This document shows positions 59,050-64,000 of a DNA stretch of 64,000 nt, one piece after another. Below the pieces are notes generated by a model that had not been told where the DNA came from, did not search any database, and saw only the letters and a list, made by a program, of their open reading frames with translations. The translations under genes and the position numbers were made by a program. The stretch is from Campylobacter gracilis (lineage in GTDB: Bacteria > Campylobacterota > Campylobacteria > Campylobacterales > Campylobacteraceae), in NCBI RefSeq assembly GCF_018374135.1, contig NZ_JAHAFS010000009.1, forward strand, positions 12,193-76,192, read 5' to 3'. The first letter of the stretch is position 1, and each line of letters opens with the position of its first letter.

Positions 59050-59957
59050 AGCGCGCCTCCTTGATCGCTATCGCGTCCGTTTTGTTCGGCATTTCTGTTT
59101 CGCTCATTGCTTTTTTTAGCGCTCAGCGTGCCGCTAGGTACGCCGGTGCGGTCGCTTTTTTTGCTACCCTGCGCCCGTCCGTCGCTATTTCGTGAGCCTT
59201 TTTTGCCGTCCTGAGCGCAGTTCGCGCCGCTTTGTGCGTCGCCGCATGCTGTTTGCTCGCCATTTTCCGCGCTAGTGCCGTGCGAGGCGCCGTTTTGTAA
59301 AAGCTCGATCGCGATTTGCGCGCATTTTTGCTCGGCTTCTTTTTTGCTAGCTCCCACGGCGGAGGAGAGCCGCTTGCCGCCAACAAGCGCCGCCATTTCG
59401 AAGCTTTTTTTATGATCGGGACCGCTCGAGCCTAAAAGGATATATTCGGGCGTGACGCCGAATTTTGCCTGCGTGAGCTCTTGCAGCGCGGTTTTGTAGT
59501 CTTTAACGAGCTCGTTAAAGCTGATGCGCGGATAGAGGATTTCTAAGATTGCAATCGCGATGCGGGCAGTGTTTTGCAGCCCGCTCTCGAGATAGACGGC
59601 GCCCATTATCGCCTCAAACGCGTCCGAAAGCAGCGAGGGCTTCTCACGCCCACCGTTGCGCTCCTCGGACAGCGACATATTCAGGTTCTCGCCGATGCCC
59701 AAAAATTTTGCAAATTTAGAAAAGCTACTTTCGTTCACGAGCGCAGCGCGCAGCTTGCTCAGATCACCCTCGTCGCTGCTAAATTTTTTGAAAAGATACT
59801 CGCCCACGATCAGATCCATCACCGCATCGCCTAAAAATTCCAGCCTCTCGTTGTTGTGTCCGTTTTTGGCGCTTTTGTGTGTAAGAGCGATCTTGAGGTG
59901 GGCCTGGTTTTTAAATTTATAGCCCAGTTTTTCTTGTAATTTTTCTAAATTTTGCAT
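59046..59957 (-). CDS. rnc: Ribonuclease III with a roughly 75-aa low-complexity C-terminal extension
   Basis: ERLEFLGDAV is the RNase III signature, and a dsRBD follows. A Gly/Ser/Ala/Asn/Gln-rich tail lies beyond it. There is a 4-nt overlap with aroC. Confidence 0.93.
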   Translation of the reverse strand: MQNLEKLQEKLGYKFKNQAHLKIALTHKSAKNGHNNERLEFLGDAVMDLIVGEYLFKKFSSDEGDLSKLRAALVNESSFSKFAKFLGIGENLNMSLSEERNGGREKPSLLSDAFEAIMGAVYLESGLQNTARIAIAILEILYPRISFNELVKDYKTALQELTQAKFGVTPEYILLGSSGPDHKKSFEMAALVGGKRLSSAVGASKKEAEQKCAQIAIELLQNGASHGTSAENGEQTACGDAQSGANCAQDGKKGSRNSDGRAQGSKKSDRTGVPSGTLSAKKSNERNRNAEQNGRDSDQGGAL

Positions 59958-60358
59958 CTTTGCCCTTTATTATAAAATTTTACGAAATCCGCGGCGGCTC
60001 GCACGCAAACGGCATCCGGTGCGAACAAAACCCGCACAAGCGAAACGAACGAGTGCAGGCATAGCCCGCGCTAAATTTGCATTAACGCGGCGAATGAAGC
60101 GCGCTAGCTACGGTCTACGACGAATAAAATTTAAACGCGCCTGCTAATTCTAATGCAAACTGCGCCGAAGCCCGATTGCCGCAAATTTAATCCTCGCCAA
60201 AAACGCATCTGTAGCAAAGACAAGAGCCCGATTGCGTGAGCAAACGCACTAAAACCGGCTTCGGGTGATAAAATTTACGCCGAAGCGGCTCTGCGTGCAA
60301 AGCAAACGCGGGTAAATCCATGCTAAATCCGCGCAACCGCAAGCTTCGCCGCAAAATT

Positions 60359-60781
60359 TTAGCCCTTTATCGCTTCCGCCGCCGCGCGAGCCATAGCGTC
60401 GCACTCCTCGTTTTGCGGATGACCCGCATGCCCCTTGACCCAGGAGGCCCTGATCTCGTGAGGCGCCGCCGCCGCAAGGTATCTGCGCCACAGATCCGCG
60501 TTTTTCTTGCCCTTAAAATCGGTAACGACCCACTTTGCGAGCCAGGAATTTATCGCCTTAACGACATATTCGCTATCGGTAAAAAGCTCGACGCGGCAGG
60601 GCTGCTTAAGCGCGCTAAGCCCCATTATAGCGGCCGTTAGCTCCATTTGATTATTGGTCGTCATCGCTTCCGCGCCGCTTGCCTTTTTTATCGCGTCGCC
60701 GTATTGCAGTATGTAAGCCCAGCCGCCCGCTCCAGGGTTTCCGAGGCAGCTACCGTCGCTAAAAAGTTTGACCGATTTCAC
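60359..60781 (-). CDS. rnhA: Ribonuclease HI
   Basis: The N-terminal FSDGSCLGNPGAGGWAYIL is followed by TNNQMELTA and TDSEYV. Length is 140 aa. Confidence 0.94.
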   Translation of the reverse strand: MKSVKLFSDGSCLGNPGAGGWAYILQYGDAIKKASGAEAMTTNNQMELTAAIMGLSALKQPCRVELFTDSEYVVKAINSWLAKWVVTDFKGKKNADLWRRYLAAAAPHEIRASWVKGHAGHPQNEECDAMARAAAEAIKG

Positions 60782-61814
60782 CGGTTTTCTCCGAAATTTG
60801 CGCTCTTATTTCCATGCTGCCTAGCTCGTAGCAGACCGGACAGCGGTGCGAGAAGAGCCCCACCGAGCTTTTGCACTTCGCGCAGGTGTAGCTAAAGCTA
60901 AGCCCCGCGTCCTCAAAGCCCGCGTCTTTCATAGCTATAAGTGCGTTGATCTCAAAAATTTTACTCGCGCTCTGCGGCTTTTGATCGCTTTTTCCGAGCG
61001 CGTAAAAAAGGGCGTTATACTCCGCATCCTGCGTATTTACCGCCGCAGGGAAATCATAGATCAGATCGATAGCCTGCTCGATCGGCGGGAAGCGGTCAAA
61101 GCCCTCCATAGGCTCTTTGTTTTTGATAAAAAGCTCCATGCAGAACCGCCCCGCGCCTTTGAAATTTAGCTTTGAAATTTTAGCGATCTTCTTATTAAAC
61201 GGCGTATTGGCGTCGTTTGCGATGATCTGAGCGCGCTCGAACTGGCTTTGAGCATATACTTCGGCGTCCTGCTCGCGCAGCGCGTCAAGCACCTCAAGCG
61301 CCTCATTAAAGCGCTTCAGCCGCTCATAAATCACCGTAAGATGCGTAAGGGCCTCTTTGTTTCTGGGGCGCAGCTTCAGCGCCTGCAAAAACACCTCTTC
61401 GGCGCGCCCCAAAAAGCCCGCTTTGAAATATACGATACCGAGATTGGTAAGGATAAACTCCCTCTGCACGCCGCCGCTAGCCTTGCTTAACGCGATTAGA
61501 TAAATTTCTATCGCGCGCTCGAAGTCGCCGCTTTTGACGAAAGAGCTAGCTAAAATTCCAAGCGTCGGGATGTCTATCTGCGGGCTTGCCAAAAGCTGTC
61601 TGTGCTCCGAACTAAGCGCGTCTAGTGTGTCAAATTTTTTGATAAAATTCTCTAGGCTCTGCCTCTCGTTTTTTTTAGAAAAAACTCCCCAAATGTAGCT
61701 TAGAATCGACACCAGTAAGATTATGCTTATCAGCATGATAAGCCCGAAAATCGGGTCGCGATCGTCTAAGAAAAAATTATCCAAATCAAACCTCGTCGCA
61801 AAAATAAAGGGCAA
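60759..61814 (-). CDS. LapB (YciM)-like TPR protein with an N-terminal transmembrane helix and a C-terminal rubredoxin-type zinc ribbon
   Basis: The N-terminal transmembrane helix is IFGLIMLISIILLVSILSYIW. Several TPR-like repeats follow. The C-terminus carries CAKC...CPVC. Confidence 0.6.
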   Translation of the reverse strand: MPFIFATRFDLDNFFLDDRDPIFGLIMLISIILLVSILSYIWGVFSKKNERQSLENFIKKFDTLDALSSEHRQLLASPQIDIPTLGILASSFVKSGDFERAIEIYLIALSKASGGVQREFILTNLGIVYFKAGFLGRAEEVFLQALKLRPRNKEALTHLTVIYERLKRFNEALEVLDALREQDAEVYAQSQFERAQIIANDANTPFNKKIAKISKLNFKGAGRFCMELFIKNKEPMEGFDRFPPIEQAIDLIYDFPAAVNTQDAEYNALFYALGKSDQKPQSASKIFEINALIAMKDAGFEDAGLSFSYTCAKCKSSVGLFSHRCPVCYELGSMEIRAQISEKTGEIGQTF

Positions 61815-61844
61815 TTATAGCAAAGTGCGGGTATAATTTCGCTT

Positions 61845-63977
61845 ATGATTAAAAACGAAAGCATAGAAAATCTGCTGGCCACCGTAGATATCGTAGACGT
61901 CGTAGAAAAATATGTCCCGCTTAAGCGCAGCGGCGCAAATTTCGTGGGCGTCTGCCCTTTCCACGACGATTCGCACCCGAGCATGAGCGTGAGCTCCAAG
62001 CTTGGAATTTTTCACTGCTTTTCGTGCAAAGCGGGCGGTAACGCGATTAAATTTATCCAAGATTACGAAAAGATAAGCTTCCCAGAAGCGGTCGAAAAGC
62101 TTGCGGGGATGTATAATTTCGCGCTGCAATACACCGGCGCCAAAGTCCAGGAGCGCAGCGAAGAGAAGAAGGTGCTCGGGATTTTAAACGCCTACTACCA
62201 AAGCTGCCTTTATCAAAATCCTGCCGCCGTAAAATACCTACACGATCGCGGACTGAGCGAACAAAGCATTCGCAAATTCGGCCTTGGCTACGCAGGAGCT
62301 AGCGTGCAGACGATCAGGGTTTTACAAAACGAAGAAATTCCGCCGCAAGACGCGCTAAATGCGGGCGCGGTAAAGCAAAACGAGCGCGGGCTCTACGCAA
62401 GCTTCATCGAGCGCATCACCTTTCCGATCTACAACCACGCGAGCAAGCTCGTGGGTTTCGGCGGTCGCACGATAAGCGGCAACCCAGCCAAATACGTCAA
62501 TTCGCCGCAGTGCGCGCTGTTTGATAAATCTAAAATTTTCTACGCATTCGACCTTGCGAAAAAAAGCGCGATCGCCAAAAAAACCCTCATCATCACCGAG
62601 GGCTACATGGACGTCATCATGCTGCATCAAGCGGGCATCGACAACGCCGTAGCGGTGCTCGGCACGGCGCTGACGCCCGCTCATCTGCCGCTTATAAAGC
62701 GCGCGGAGCTTAACGTCGTGCTTAGCTTCGACGGCGACGCCGCGGGCATCAATGCGGCGATAAAATCGGCGCGGCTTTTGTGCCTAAATAAGATCGACTC
62801 AAGCGTCGCTATAATCGGCGGCGGCGCCGATCCTGCGGATATGATTGCGGCGGGTAAGGTGCGCGAGCTAGAGCAAATTTATGCTAGCGGCATGGAGAGC
62901 GGGGAGTTTCTGATCCGAAGAATCGCTAAAAAATACGACCTCACCCGCCCCGTGCAAAAAGAAGCGGCGCTAAATGAGATCAAAGAATTTACCGCAGCGC
63001 TCGGCCCCGTGCTCGCCGAGTCCTATCAGAGCCTAGTGGCGCAAATTTTAAATGTCTCGCCCGCTTCGTTTAATCTCTCTAGCGGCGGTAAAAATTTCGG
63101 CGCGGGCTTTGAGGGGCGAAATTTTAACGAGGGCGGGAGCTTCGGCTCTTACGATTTCGGTTCTTACGAAGGGCGCGGCGCAGACGGCAAGGGCGGTGCG
63201 AGCGGAAGCTTAAACGGCGGAAATTTTATTCGCGCGCAAAACATGGCGCTCTATGAAAGCTCTGCGCCGCCTGCGGCTTCGGCGAGGCTCGGGCGGACGC
63301 TACTGCGCCGCAAGGAGATCGCGGAGCTTCAGATCATAAAATCGATGCTGCTCGATGGCGAGATGGCACAGCTCGGGCTCGGCTGCTTGGAGCGGCGCGA
63401 TTTTCGCATGCACGGCGATATTTTCGAGGCGTTTTTGGCTTTCTCTCGCAGCGGCGGAAATTTTAAAAATTTCATCGCGGGCGAGAGCGGTAATGCGGAT
63501 AGTAATGCAAGCGAAAATTTTACCGCGGGCGGCGCGGGAGAAATTATCCAGGGCGAGAGCGTAAATTTAAAAATCGGCGAGAATTCTAGCGAGCAAAATT
63601 TTATCGAGCAAGGCTCTGCAGGCGCCGTAAATTTAAAAGGCTCCTCCGCGCAGCAGGGCGCAAACGGCGGTGAGAAGCAAGAGGGTGCAAATAACGGCGA
63701 GAAACGGAGCTCAAACAGCGGTGCAAAGCAAGGCGAGAGGGAAGCCGCAGCTCAAAATGCCCAAAGCGCTCAAAGCGAGGCCTACGAAAATCTGCGCGCA
63801 CTCGCACTGGACGATGAAATTTTGCCGATCGGCGGCGCAGCGCTTTTTAACGACGCGTGCAAAATTTTACGCCGCAACGCCCTGCAAGATCTGATGCAAA
63901 AGCTCAAAAACTCCGACGCGCCCGATAAGATCGAGCGGATCTTGGAGTATCAAAAAAAGATCAATCAACTCAAGTAA
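61845..63977 (+). CDS. dnaG: DNA primase with an extended low-complexity C-terminal region
   Basis: The zinc finger is CPFHDDSHPSMSVSSKLGIFHCFSCKAGG. The TOPRIM domain contains TEGYMDVI and FDGDAAG. After about 400 aa of conserved core the protein becomes Gly/Ser/Asn/Ala/Glu-rich. Confidence 0.93.
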   Translation: MIKNESIENLLATVDIVDVVEKYVPLKRSGANFVGVCPFHDDSHPSMSVSSKLGIFHCFSCKAGGNAIKFIQDYEKISFPEAVEKLAGMYNFALQYTGAKVQERSEEKKVLGILNAYYQSCLYQNPAAVKYLHDRGLSEQSIRKFGLGYAGASVQTIRVLQNEEIPPQDALNAGAVKQNERGLYASFIERITFPIYNHASKLVGFGGRTISGNPAKYVNSPQCALFDKSKIFYAFDLAKKSAIAKKTLIITEGYMDVIMLHQAGIDNAVAVLGTALTPAHLPLIKRAELNVVLSFDGDAAGINAAIKSARLLCLNKIDSSVAIIGGGADPADMIAAGKVRELEQIYASGMESGEFLIRRIAKKYDLTRPVQKEAALNEIKEFTAALGPVLAESYQSLVAQILNVSPASFNLSSGGKNFGAGFEGRNFNEGGSFGSYDFGSYEGRGADGKGGASGSLNGGNFIRAQNMALYESSAPPAASARLGRTLLRRKEIAELQIIKSMLLDGEMAQLGLGCLERRDFRMHGDIFEAFLAFSRSGGNFKNFIAGESGNADSNASENFTAGGAGEIIQGESVNLKIGENSSEQNFIEQGSAGAVNLKGSSAQQGANGGEKQEGANNGEKRSSNSGAKQGEREAAAQNAQSAQSEAYENLRALALDDEILPIGGAALFNDACKILRRNALQDLMQKLKNSDAPDKIERILEYQKKINQLK

Positions 63978-64000
63978 AGGAACGAAATGAAGGCATTGGC

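Noticed and set aside
1-64000. CRISPR arrays, integrases, transposases or IS elements
   Set aside because: No regularly spaced direct repeats with unique spacers were seen. No recombinase or transposase motifs were recognised in any ORF.
63987-64000. ATGAAGGCATTGGC at the window end, preceded by AAGGAACGAA, as the start of a further gene
   Set aside because: Only 14 nt are visible, which is too short to support any call.

Overview
This 64-kb window looks like chromosomal DNA from a Campylobacter-type epsilonproteobacterium, probably one of the GC-richer oral Campylobacter species. The assignment rests on the gene order (tkt-ispA, nfu-hyp-murE, aroC-rnc) and a zinc-ribbon type-Z S14.

Most of the window is core genome:
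- A complete S10-spc ribosomal-protein cluster runs rpsJ to rplO, secY and map on the + strand at 10.6-21.0 kb.
- The normally contiguous infA-rpmJ-rpsM-rpsK-rpsD-rpoA-rplQ block lies 17 kb away on the - strand (35.2-38.5 kb). This is consistent with an ancient inversion whose breakpoint sits between map and infA.
- Other housekeeping genes: purM, coaE, dapF, tkt, ispA, ybaB, panD, murE, nfu, an L,D-transpeptidase, hisIE, an SPFH protein, ilvE, pldA, mobA, aroC, rnc, rnhA, a lapB-like gene, dnaG, and a tRNA-Ser(CGA).

The non-core content that merits a second look:
- An AT-rich minus-strand module (7.8-10.5 kb): a DUF4143/AAA_14-type ATPase, a small winged-helix protein, two translationally coupled hydrophobic micropeptides and a 116-aa ORF. 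Its promoter region carries two copies of a perfect palindrome and faces the S10 promoter.
- A YheO-like regulator divergent from a RidA plus Zn-ribbon threonine-synthase-like PLP-enzyme pair, with palindromic operator-like sites between them.
- A run of orphan SUKH (SMI1/KNR4) and LRR plus NTF2-like immunity-type proteins with no visible toxin.
- A divergent pair of paralogous small cysteine-containing exported proteins.
- A frameshifted O-methyltransferase.
- Long Asn/Ser/Ala/Gln-rich low-complexity insertions encoded by AAATTT/GAATTT-type motifs inside housekeeping enzymes (GNAT, HisIE, EptC-like, PldA, RNase III, DnaG).

No CRISPR array, integrase or transposase was recognised. Coordinates come from the ORF track and my own reading of the sequence; functions are assigned from motif-level recognition, with no database search run.
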